The notes beneath the pieces are model-generated. The model did no database searches and had not been told where the DNA came from. It was given only the letters and a program-made list of their open reading frames with translations. Source: Zygnema circumcarinatum SAG 698-1b (lineage: Eukaryota; Plantae; Zygnematophyceae). Taken from it: 64,000 nt of DNA. This document shows positions 11,889 to 22,873 of this stretch, piece after piece. The stretch's first letter is position 1. Every line of letters begins with the position of its first letter. The position numbers and the translations under genes were made by a program. The stretch is from positions 372,001 to 436,000 of the forward strand of contig CM074813.1 of assembly GCA_037447605.1 (NCBI GenBank), read 5' to 3'.

Positions 11889-12725
11889 TCAGTGCTTCTT
11901 CCCTCCACTGTGAGGCGGATGAGACGGGCTTAAACCCCGCGGAGGAGTGGGAGAACGGGGAGGATGGGTTTCTCCGTTGCCAGCGCCACGTGGAGGATGG
12001 GGAGGCTCCCCGCCTTTGGGGGGATGGGCGACTTCAGGAGGGTGAGAGTCTCTGGGAGGATGAGGGGAAGAGGGGGGATGGGCGGCCTTAGGGGGATGAG
12101 GGCCCTTGGGAGGCGAGGGAGGGTGGCTCTCCTTCCCTCCTCCGAGGAAGCTCCGAAGGTGGCGGCCATGGTGGCCACCGTGACGTCCGCCATGGCCGCT
12201 GTCGTCAGAGTCGTTGGAAGGTCGGGGCGGGTGGGGAGCCTTGGGGGGGTGAGGGGTCTTGGGGGGGGCGGGAGGATGGTCATGGGTGCCGTTATGGCTG
12301 CGGCCATGGGGGGAGTCATCGTCGCTGCCGTTGAATGGGGGATGAGGAGGGCGAGGGGCCTTGGGAGGATGAGGGGGGTGGCTCTTCTTTCCTCCTTTTC
12401 CGAAGAAGCTCAGAAGGCGGCGGCCATGGCCATGGCCTCCATGAGGTCCGGGAGGGTGGGGAGCCTTGGGGGGGTGAAGGGCCTTGGGAGGGGAGAGGGA
12501 GTGGCCATGGCTACCGTGGGAGGTGGGATGGGGGGGACGAGGGGCCTTTGGAGGAGAAGCATGAGGAGGCTTCCCGTCTCCTCCCTTGCCCTTGAGCTCG
12601 CGGCGGCTGGTGAGGACCTCGCTGGCGGCTTCGGATTCGTCGGCTGCTACAGAGAGGAGGCTTCCTAAAAGGAGCGCGGTGCCCAGAAAGAGGGTGAGTA
12701 GGAGGAGGGAGCTTCTGGAAGCCAT
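11889..12725 (-). CDS. Secreted His/Pro-rich (HRGP-like) protein, paralogue A, 278 aa
   Basis: Single open frame with a signal peptide (MASRSSLLLLTLFLGTALLLGSLLSVAA), PPKAPHPP/PPHPP repeats and GHGH runs. TATAAA on the minus strand at 12812-12817. N-terminus homologous to paralogue B. Confidence 0.85.
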   Translation of the reverse strand: MASRSSLLLLTLFLGTALLLGSLLSVAADESEAASEVLTSRRELKGKGGDGKPPHASPPKAPRPPHPTSHGSHGHSLSPPKALHPPKAPHPPGPHGGHGHGRRLLSFFGKGGKKSHPPHPPKAPRPPHPPFNGSDDDSPHGRSHNGTHDHPPAPPKTPHPPKAPHPPRPSNDSDDSGHGGRHGGHHGRHLRSFLGGGKESHPPSPPKGPHPPKAAHPPSSPHPPRDSHPPEVAHPPKGGEPPHPPRGAGNGETHPPRSPTPPRGLSPSHPPHSGGKKH

Positions 12726-14111
12726 GGCTGGATTCTGGAAGCTTCTGAAGCTCAGAGGGGGGGAGTTGAAGGCCGAGGGAGAGTTGAGGTAGAGAGAGGG
12801 GAGGGAGAGACTTTATAGCGCGGGAGTGGAGGGGGGAGGGGAGTGAGTGTCGGTGGACACGTGTCAATTCGAGGCAAAGGGGACGCGATGGGTGGAGAAT
12901 GGACGCTCGAGATGCAGGCACGTCTCCCAAAAACAAGACGCGGAATTTTTAAGGTCAGCGAAATTCTGTACGGACTTCGATCGAACGTGCGCAAAACGAG
13001 GAAGTAAATTCAGACTTTTTTAACGCTTTCGACGAACGGCGTTTTTTGGAAGGTCGGTGGTGCGGTCCGTTGTCGGTGGGTCCCCTCGCAGTCAATGGCA
13101 GTCAAGTCAAAATTGTCGGCGCCAATAGGAAGGGAGGGTGGCACGCTTTGTCGAGTGACACCTGGCACGAGGGCACAACATAAATAGCAAGTGGGTGCGC
13201 CAGCTCCGCATGCGCCCAAGTCCTAAAAACGAAAAGAATGAACGGTAATAACGCACAAGTCCATTATAAGAAGACGAGTTCTGGAATTCCATTTTTCGTC
13301 AAATAGAAATAAGAGCTTCTCGCTCACGTGGAGAGCTCGCATGGCCGCGTATCTGCCACGTGTCATATTTTCAGCTTCTTGTATCCACGTGGCACCTATG
13401 TAGACAGTTACGTGTCGCGTTAAATCGGCTCGAATGGAAATTTCGCATCGATGATAGCCCTGTGTACGGACACACTCACCACGAGGATCCTTTTAACAGA
13501 ACCTTTGCGAGATGTCGAATTCTGCAATTATGAAGTCAAATGCCAGAAATTCTCAGTTGACACCTCCACCAGATGCCGCATGGACGATGCGTGCTAGAAC
13601 GACAAAAGCGGCGTTCGGTCCCGGATGAGCAGAAACTTGGCATCATCGAAAACTCCATCTGCTTGCCGCCACAAATGTCGGATTCTTCCGCTTCTGATTT
13701 TGTCAGGTCGGTCATACGGCCACATACATCGCACCATGGCCCTATGACTTCACCGACAGTGGTCGGTGGTGCGGTCTCGGTCCACCGGCTGCCAGCCAGC
13801 CCTATTTTGTCCGTTCTCATGGTCAATATGCAGAATGACGAAGAATTTGATTCCCGCCCGGGCGCCCTAAAGGGCGATCAAGGGCGTAGACCCCTACTGC
13901 CCCAAATCCACATGTGCGTCAAATACCGCGTCGAAATTCTCAAACGCGTTATTCAGAATATACGGACAGTGTTGACAGCCGTAGCTTCGGCCGCCCATCC
14001 GCGCCCCTCCGCTCCGCTCCCACTATAAACTCCGACTCCCTCCCTCGTCTCCAGCAGCCCTCTCTTTCCGCACTCCCCCTCAGAATCGCAGGAGCTTCCA
14101 GCTCTGCAGCC
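12726..14111. promoter_or_regulatory. Bidirectional promoter shared by the two His/Pro-rich genes
   Basis: Divergent ATGs at 12725 and 14112, outward-facing TATAAA at 12812 (-) and 14024 (+), four ACGT-core boxes within 13325-13416, and GACACGTGTC at 12856. Confidence 0.65.
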
Positions 14112-14723
14112 ATGGCTTCCCGAAGCTCCCTCCTTCTCCTCCGCCTCTCTCTCCTTCTCGTCACCTCACTCCTCCTCGGCAGCGTCCTCTCTGTAGCAGC
14201 ACATGCGGGAGACGGCGCATCGGACGACGTCAGCAAGCTTCTCACCAGCCGGCGCGAGCTCAGGGGCAAGGAAGGTGGCAAGAAGCTTCCCCCCACACCA
14301 CCCAAGGCCCCTCGCCCCCCTCATCCTCCTTTCAACAGTAGCGATAAACCTCCATTGGGCCCTGGCCATGGCCATGGCCAGAATGGCAGCCATGACCTCC
14401 CCCCTATGCCCCCTCGCCCCCCTCATCCTCCGTTCAACAGTAGCGATGAACCTCCATTAGGCCATGGCCATGGCCATGGCCAGAATGGCAGCCATGACCT
14501 CCCCCCTATGCCCCCTCGCCCCCCTCATCCTCCTTTCAACAGTAGCGATGAACCTCCACTTGGTCCTGGCCATGGCCATAACGGCAGCTTAGACCATCCT
14601 CCCATGCCTCCTCGCCCGCCCCATCCTCCTTTCAATGGCAGCGACCCCCCCCATGATGGCCCCCATGATGGCCCCCATGGCCGCCATCCCTTCGGGCGGG
14701 CCCGCTCTCCCACGCCTCCGTGA
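14112..14723 (+). CDS. Secreted His/Pro-rich (HRGP-like) protein, paralogue B, 203 aa
   Basis: GCCATGG start and signal peptide MASRSSLLLLRLSLLLVTSLLLGSVLSVAA. Contains ~3.5 tandem 34-aa (102-bp) units PPRPPHPPFNSSD.PPLG.GHGHGQNGSHDLPPM. Confidence 0.85.
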   Translation: MASRSSLLLLRLSLLLVTSLLLGSVLSVAAHAGDGASDDVSKLLTSRRELRGKEGGKKLPPTPPKAPRPPHPPFNSSDKPPLGPGHGHGQNGSHDLPPMPPRPPHPPFNSSDEPPLGHGHGHGQNGSHDLPPMPPRPPHPPFNSSDEPPLGPGHGHNGSLDHPPMPPRPPHPPFNGSDPPHDGPHDGPHGRHPFGRARSPTPP

Positions 14724-16268
14724 GGAGGGTCAAAGTCGCCACGCAGCGGAGGGAAGAGGAGTAGAAGTGCAGTCCCATATTGTAGGGAATTTCATGGTTC
14801 TTGAGTGGTTAGTGAGATTTGGTGTTATCTAAAGGGCTTGAAGTTGCGCGCTTTTACCGTGTAGAATTAGACACTGCGCGTTTTCTCTGAAAACAAACGC
14901 TCGGGTTTTGGGGTATATAGCATTTAAAGTGTGGTTATAGTAAGTAATGCTGGAGTATTGTAAGGATTGTCGGCCATTTACCTCAGGCAGGCTGCATATA
15001 TAAACGTTTCAAACCTTGCTTTATTTGGTTCAATGTCTCACCTATTCGGGTATAGTTACAGCAATCATTCTGTTTACTTTCGATCTTCGTCTTGCCTATG
15101 GGCTTATTTGGATCCTTAAGGGGGAAATCGTTGCTTATGCTAATCGTCCAGCCAATGGCCCAAGCAATTTTGCATCGGCAGTGACCGGAAAGAAAGCAAA
15201 AAAGAAAAATAAATCCGACACACTACAAATATTTACAATTATATTCCCGAGAACGAAATTCTAACAAAAAAGGAAAATGTCTCTGTCTCTCGCCTGCTCC
15301 TGATGTCCCCTCGGCTGAGATAAATACCCCTCCATCAGTACAGAAGTCAAATTTTTCTGAGAAGAGCAAAATTGCCGAATCGGCAAAGAGTAGGACAACC
15401 CGAGTGCAAAATCTTTCTTTCAAAATGAAGGATCCGAAAGCCACTAATGAAACCACCATTTGCTCCTAAAAAAAAGTCACAAAAAAAAAAAAATAATCAA
15501 GATATTCGACATCCCCCAGCGCTCTTCTCGCCCTCAATGATGTTGCCATAAGTAACGAATTCCACCGTGTCCATGTCCCTATCTGCACCTCCAACGGAAC
15601 GGATTCCACCACATGGAAACCCAGCAGGAAAACTGAGAGAGAGAGAGAGGGGAGAGAGAAGGAGAGAGAGGGAGAGGTGCCAATGAACAGGCGTTGGGTT
15701 GAAAAAGCTCAGCAAAGCAAGTGATTAAAATGAATATTTTGAACAAAAGTTGAAAAAAAGAATAGAAAATGGGAAAGTTGGGGAAGAAAATGAGCGGAGG
15801 AGAGGAGAGGAGGAGGGAGGGCCCATAAGGAAAAATGAATTTACTCGGTAATTTACAAAAAAGACTTTTTTGTTGAAGTTCCGTGGTGGTTACGCCGACT
15901 CTGTTTGCCTTCGCGCGATTGGCTGCGGACTGCGGACCGTTTCCATGCGCCCAGTTTTGGAAAATGTGGGGAACGAGAAATTGAAGGGGGGGGAAGAGGG
16001 AGAGGGGCGAGTGAGGGGAAGCGAGAGGGAAAGTGGGAGAGAGGAAGAGAGAGTGCTTTAAACAATCGGAATACTAAAAAACCAATCAAACAATTGGGTA
16101 TAAGGTCGACTGGGATCATACCTGCAAAACTTGGCAATTTTCAAGCGTACTCGGTCCACCCTAAGAAAAAAAAAAAAAAAAGGGGGACGAATGCATGCTT
16201 AGGGTTTGCAGCAGTCCCAAGCCCCGACCTCTCAAGCCAGAACTGAGCCCCTCAACCCTAAACAGTTT

Positions 16269-16368
16269 NNNNNNNNNNNNNNNNNNNNNNNNNNNNNNNN
16301 NNNNNNNNNNNNNNNNNNNNNNNNNNNNNNNNNNNNNNNNNNNNNNNNNNNNNNNNNNNNNNNNNNNN
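16269..16368. other. 100-N scaffold gap. Additional 10-N gaps at ~9563, 25779, 28549, 36868, 37577, 52281, 53072, 59610
   Basis: N runs in the sequence. The short gaps all sit in G/C homopolymer tracts within introns or flanks. Confidence 0.98.
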
Positions 16369-16601
16369 TCTTTCTCGCACACTCTTACTCTCTCTCTCTC
16401 TCTCTCACTCTCTCGCACATTCTTACTTCCTCTCTCTCTCTCTCTCTTTCTCTCTCTTTCACTCACTCTCACTCTCTCGCACACACGTTCTCTCTCTCTC
16501 TCACTCTCGCACACTCTTACTCTCTCCCTCTCTCACACTCTCTCGCACACCCTCACTCACTCTATCTCTCTCTCTCTCTCTCTGTGTGTGTGTTGGGACA
16601 G

Positions 16602-16804
16602 ATGACACTCCTCCACAAGGGATTTGACGAAACGCGGCGACTCGGTTTGAAGCTTGCGACGGAGCAGAGAGTGCGCAGGGAGGCGCCACCTGGCGAGACG
16701 GGATTGCTCGTCGTAGATTCTGTGGTCCCGGGGGGGGCCGCTTGCGGATTTCTTGAAGCCGGAGATGTTCTCGTGGAGGTCAACGGCGAGGTGAGGAAGG
16801 AGGG

Positions 16805-16857
<53 letters not shown>

Positions 16858-18280
16858 ATCCGTTCTTTTTCTTTACTTTGTTGGAACACGCAAGCCACTT
16901 CAAGATAGGAAAAAGCAATTCAACTCTTGCTCCCCCTATTGCTCAACTTATGCAAAGCTCCATCTTGTTTTTCTCTCTCTCCTCTCCTCCTCCCTCTCTC
17001 TCTCTCCCTCTTTCCCTCCTCATCCCCCCTCCCATTGCTCTCTGTACCCTTCACACAGGTTGTTACTCAATTTTTGAACCTTGAAATCATTCTCGACGAC
17101 AGCGTTGGAAAACCGATTTCTATGATCGTAGAACGGGGCGGAGTGTCCATAGAAACCGTTGTGACCGTTCAAGATCTGCACTCCGTTACGCCGAACTGTT
17201 TCCTTGAGATCAGTGGCGGCGTGTTTCATGCACTCTCCTACCAACAAGCGAGAAATTTCCGATTTGAATGCGGATTAGTTTACGTTGCCGAACCGGGTTA
17301 CATGCTGTCACGAGCACGGGTGCCAAAATTTGCAATTATTAAATCAGTCGCAAAGAAACCCACTCCTCGAATAAGCGATTTTTTGGACATTTTTCGAAAT
17401 TTAGCTCGTGGTGAGCAGGTGCCTATTGAGTATTATACTCATACAGATCGACATAGGACCAAATCAGCTCTAATTACTATTGATAGACATGAATGGTATG
17501 CAGCTCCAAGTTTATATACTCGTGACGATTCAACGGGATTATGGAAAATCTCACCAGCTTTCGATGTTTTAGCAATGAAGAGTTTGGTGATGGAGGAGGG
17601 CCAACAAGTAGAAGGGAAAAAGGAGGAAGAAGAAGTCAGTAAAGCATGTGGGAATGAGGGGAGTGGAAACATAGGAGAATCGCAGAGAGAGATTGAGGAG
17701 GGAAGGGAGGGAGATGCAAGATCTGAATTAGAAAGGGACGACAATGAGCAGCCGGAGAAAGACGAGAAGGGTTTAGGCGAGGGGGAAGAGGTTGGAAGCA
17801 CAACAAAACTTTCGAAAGCAGAAGAAGTGATTGAACATGCCCTAGTGATGCTTGACGTAAGTTCGTATTTTTCTCTGAATTCCCATCATTCACTTTTTGG
17901 TCTTGAAGATTCTTCGTGAGGTTTTTTTTGGGTATTCAGACGTCTATAAGGTCCTCATGGCATAGTAAAGCTCGTAGTTTTAATACCTTTTAAGATTTGC
18001 ATAGTAGTGATGTTTAGGGTTTCCCCTAGAATCAGTGTCACAATCGGAATTCACAAAGCATTTTTTGAAAAACCTTTGTGTGGTGTTTCTATGTAGGTCT
18101 TTGTTCCGTCCTCCGTGATGGTGGACGGAGTACATGCACAGCGGTTCTGTGGAACGGGAGTCGTTGTGCACCACGGAACGCGGCTCGGTCTCGTTGCCGT
18201 TGACCGTAACACAGTCCCAGTTTCCGTTTCGGATGTGATGCTCAGTTTTGCAGCATACCCCATAGAAGTACCCGGCGAGG

Positions 18281-18324
<44 letters not shown>

Positions 18325-21300
18325 TCCTTTCTCTCTCCCTCTTCTCTCTCGTACTCTCTCTCTCTTCTCTCTCATACTCGCTCTCTTAATCTCTCCTTCC
18401 CCCCCCCTCCCCCTCTCTCCCACCATTCGAATTCGTCATAGCGTCTAGTCCATTTCCCTGGAAGAGTTCTACTTTGATGCTCGGTCATGTGACGGTTGGG
18501 ATAGAAGCGGATCATGATCATGGTGTTGATTTCGATGTTAGTGATGCAACGCGTGACAAAGTGATGTATTGCAGGTTGTATTTTTGCACCCCGTGCGTAA
18601 CTTCGCACTTGTCGCATATAACCCGGCTGCTTTGGGGGAGAACGGAGCCAAATCGGTGAAAGCAGCATCACTCCTTCCAGGTCAGGAGGGCTAAATTCAA
18701 TTAAAAAAAATACAAACAAACAAGATATAGAAGTGGTATCTACCTAAAAAATTGAAACTCCCTTCATCTGCATGTAAAGCCAATCCTCCAAAGTTTCAGG
18801 AATTTCCCTTCTCACTGCTTTCAAATACCTTCAATGTCAGCGAAACTGCTCTCAAAGCCCTAATGGCGTTCCATGCGTGCAGATTTTCCGTTGAACAGTG
18901 GCGACCCCGTGTGTCTGGTCGGGCTTAGCCGCGGAATGCATGTCACGTCACGCTGGTCCACTGTGACCAACCCCTCGGCGTGGCTGGAAATCGGCAAAGC
19001 AGACAGTCCGCGATACAGGGAGATGAACGCGGAGGTGATCGAAATCGATACAGGTAGGCTCATGCTATTGGATAATTTTCTCCCTCCCTCCACCCCTCCC
19101 CCTCTCCCGTTCCCCCTCCCCCTCCCCCCTCCCCGCTCCCCCCTCCCCCTTTCCCACCCCCCCTCCCCTCCCCCCTCCCCCCCTCCCCCTCCCCTCCCCC
19201 CCTCCCCCCTCCCCCTCCCCACTCCCCCTCCCCTCCCCCCTCCCCCTCTCCCCCTCCCCACTCCCCCCAACCCCCTCCCCCTCCCCACCTCCCCACTCCC
19301 CCCTCCCCACTCCCCCCTCCCTCCCTCCCCCTCCCCTCCCCCCTCCCCCTCCCCTCCCCCCTCCCTCCCTCCCCACTCCCCCCTCCCCCCTCCCTCCCTC
19401 CCCCTCCCCCCCTCCCTCCCTCCCCCTCCCCCCCTCCCCCCTCCCCCTCCCTCCTCCCCCCCTCCCTCCTCCCCCTCCCCCCCCCTCCCCCTCCCCCCCT
19501 CCCTCCTCCCCCTCACCTCCCTATTCCCCCTTTCCCCCATACCCCATCACCCCATCCTCCCTCCTCCTCCTCCCTCCTCCCCATCCCCCTCCCCCCTCCC
19601 TCCCTCCTCCCCTCCCCCTCCCTCCTCCCCCTCCCCCTCCCCCCTCCCTCCTCCCCCCCTCCCCCCTCCCCCCTCCCCCCCTCCCCCTCCCCCCCTCCCC
19701 TCCCTCCCTCCCCCTCCCCCCTCCCTCCTCCCCCTCCCCCTTCCCCTCCCCCCTCCCCCTCCCCCCTCCCCCTCCCTCCTCCCCCTTCCCCCCTCCCTCC
19801 TCCCTCCTCCCCTCCCCCTCCCCCTCCCCTCCCCCCCTCCCCCCCTCCCCCCCTCCCTCCCTCTCCCCCTCCCCCTCCCCCCCTCCCCACCTCCCCCTCC
19901 CCCTCCCCCTCCCTCCTCCCTCCCCTCCCTCCTCCCCCTCCCCCTCCCCCTCCCCCTCCCTCCTCCCCCCCTCCCGCCCTCCCTCCTTTCCCCCCCTTTC
20001 CCCATCCCCATCACCCCGTCCTCCCTCCCCCTCCCCTCCTCCTCCCCCATCCCCCTCCCCCCTCCCCCCTCCCTCCTCCCCCTCCCCTCCTCCCCTCCCT
20101 CCCTCCCCCTCCCTCCTCCCCCCCTCCCTCCTCCCCCTCCCCCCTCCCCCCTCCCCCTCCCCTCCTCCCCCCTCCCGCCCTCCCTCCTTTCCCCCCCTCC
20201 CCCTCCGCCCCTCCCTCCTCCCCTCCCCCTCCCCCCTCCCCCCTCCCCCTCCCCCCTCCCCCCCTCCCCCTCCCCCTCCCCCTCCCCCTCCCCTCCCCCT
20301 CCCCCTCCCCCTCCCCCCTCCCCCCTCCTTCCCCCCTCCCGCCCTCCCTCCTTCCCTCCTCCCCACCCCCTCCCTCCCTCCCCCTCCCCCCTCCCCCCTC
20401 CCCTCCCCCCCTCCCCGGCTCCCCCTCCCCACTCCCCCCTCCCCCCTCCCCACTCCCCCTCCCCTCCCCCTCCCCCCCTCCCCTCCTCTCCCCCTCCCCC
20501 TCCCCCTCCCCACCTCCCCCTCCCCCTCCCCCCTCCCCCTCCCTCCTCCCCCTCCTCCCCCTCCCCCTCCCCCTCCCTCCTCCCCCCTCCCGCCCTCCCT
20601 ATTTCCCCCTTTCCCCATACCCCATCACCCCTCCCTCCTCCCCCCTCCCTCCTCCCCCCTCCCTCCTCCCCCCTCCCTCCCTCCCCCTCCCCCTCCCCCT
20701 CCCCCTCCCTCCTCCCCTCCCTCCCTCCCCCTCCCTCCCTCCCCCTCCCCCCCTCCCCCTCCCCCTCCCCTCCCCCCTCCCCCCCTCCCCCTCCCCCTCC
20801 CCCTCCCCCTCCCCTCCCCCCCTCCCCCTCCCCCTCCCCCTCCCCACTCCCCCTCCCCCTCCCCACCTCCCCCTCCCCTCCCCCTCCCCTCCCCCTCCCC
20901 CCCTCCCCTCCCCCTCCCCCTCCCCCTCCCCCCCTCCCCCCTCCCCACTCCCCCTCCCCCCCTCCCCACTCCCCCTCCCCCCTCCCCCCTCCCCCTCCCC
21001 CCTCCCCCCTCCCCCCTCTCCCCCTCCCCCTCTCTCCCCTCCGCCCTCCCTCCTTCCCTTTCCCCCTCTCTCTTCCTCCCCTCCCCCTTCCCCCCCTTCT
21101 GATATGACGTTAGGCTACGTGACATAACCAGACCAGTCATGGCTTGTGCTGACGTGATGCGATGTGATGGGACCAATAGTAACATACTTGGTGTTACAGT
21201 GTGTGACGTCACGCATAGGGATGCTTGGCTCGTTGTATAGTTATTGGCAGCGACTAATGTTGTTTTTCCTTTTTTTATTTTTGAGGGCAGATTTTGGGGC

Positions 21301-21376
21301 CACATTTTCGGGCGCTTTGGTGAATGACCGAGGGCAAGTTCACGCATTGTGGAGCAGCTACTCATCACAGGTAAGA

Positions 21377-21422
<46 letters not shown>

Positions 21423-22472
21423 TTGGAATGTGTTGAGAAGTTCTAATCATATTGTCACTGAAAACCTCGAGCAACTGATTCACATTGTTGTTCTCCACAT
21501 GTGAAGACTTTCCATGTGATTTTTTTTTTTTTTTTTTTATTTCCGGGCAGGTGAAGTACCCAGATACGGGGTCAGAAGACCAGCAATTTGTGAAAGGTAT
21601 GCACATTCGTGACATCTGTCACATAGTCGACGGAATCGTGAACGGAAAAGGTCGGCCGAGTCTCCATGTGAACGGTTACGCTCAGCGTGTTCCTGTTGTG
21701 CGCGTACTCGAGGTGGAACTGAGCCCCATGCTGCTCTCAAAGGCGCGGAATTACGGACTGACCGACAAGTGGGTGAAGGTAGGAATTCAACTTTTGAAAA
21801 ATCCTTAATGGAAAAGAAAGAAGCTAACAACAATGTACCAGAAATGTCTATTTTTTCCTTGTTTCCGGCCCCAAAATTGACAATTCTGGTTTGCCCCCCC
21901 CCCCCCCCCTCCTCTCTTCCTCTCTTTCTCGCTCTCTCTCTTTCTCTCTCTCTCCCTCCCCCTCCCTCTCTCTCTCCCTCCCCCCCTCTCTCTCCCTCCC
22001 CCCCTCCCCCCTCTCGCTCTCTTTCTCTCCCTCCCCCCCTCTCTCTCTCTCCCCCTCCCCCCTCTCTCTCTCTCCCCATCCCCCTCTCTCTCTCTCTCCC
22101 CCCTCCCCCCCCCTCTCTTTCTCTCTCTCCCCCCCCCCCCCCTCTCTCTCTCTCTCTCCCCCTCCCCCCCCCCCTCTCTCTCTCTCTCTCGCTCGCTTTC
22201 TCTCAGGCCCTAGTAGAAAAGGACCCTCTTCGCCGCCAAGTGCTGAAGGTTAAGGGCACCTTTGCGGGGTCCGAAGCTGAACAAGTGTTGCGACCGAACG
22301 ACCTTCTGTTGGCCGTCGACGGAACTCCGATCAACGGAGTGCGTGATGTGGAACTGGCATGTGACCGCCGGGATGTGGACGCTGACGTCAGCACCATCGG
22401 AAAGGAGAGCGGCACCTTGTCCCTTACAATACGATGGGTAAACTCCGCCTCCTTTCTCCATGTCCTCTACCC

Positions 22473-22531
<59 letters not shown>

Positions 22532-22793
22532 CACCCACCTCTATAAGTGACTACAACCCTCGGATGCCTCAATTTTCTATTAGTACTTCTTCTCTTCTCG
22601 TTTTACTTATTTTCCTTACTCCCTCTTTTCTATACTCCAGGGTCTGGATCGGCTGGCAGCGGTGCAGACATGCGGTTGGGTCTGGGCACAGCGGCGCTGA
22701 GGGGCCCTCCTCCAGGCGCCGCATCCCGCGGTACGCGCACTCGGGTACCTGCCGCCCAACGGCCACGGGACGTACGTCGCGAGGTGCATCTCT

Positions 22794-22873
<80 letters not shown>

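Noticed and set aside
13573-14028. 151-aa ORF in the bidirectional promoter
   Set aside because: It overlaps the TATA box of paralogue B and has no recognisable domain or coding bias.
18860-21368. Poly-Pro (744 aa) and poly-Gly/Arg/Glu ORFs resembling extensins or formins
   Set aside because: They lie inside a Deg7 intron bounded by canonical splice sites that join conserved residues (EIDT|DFG).
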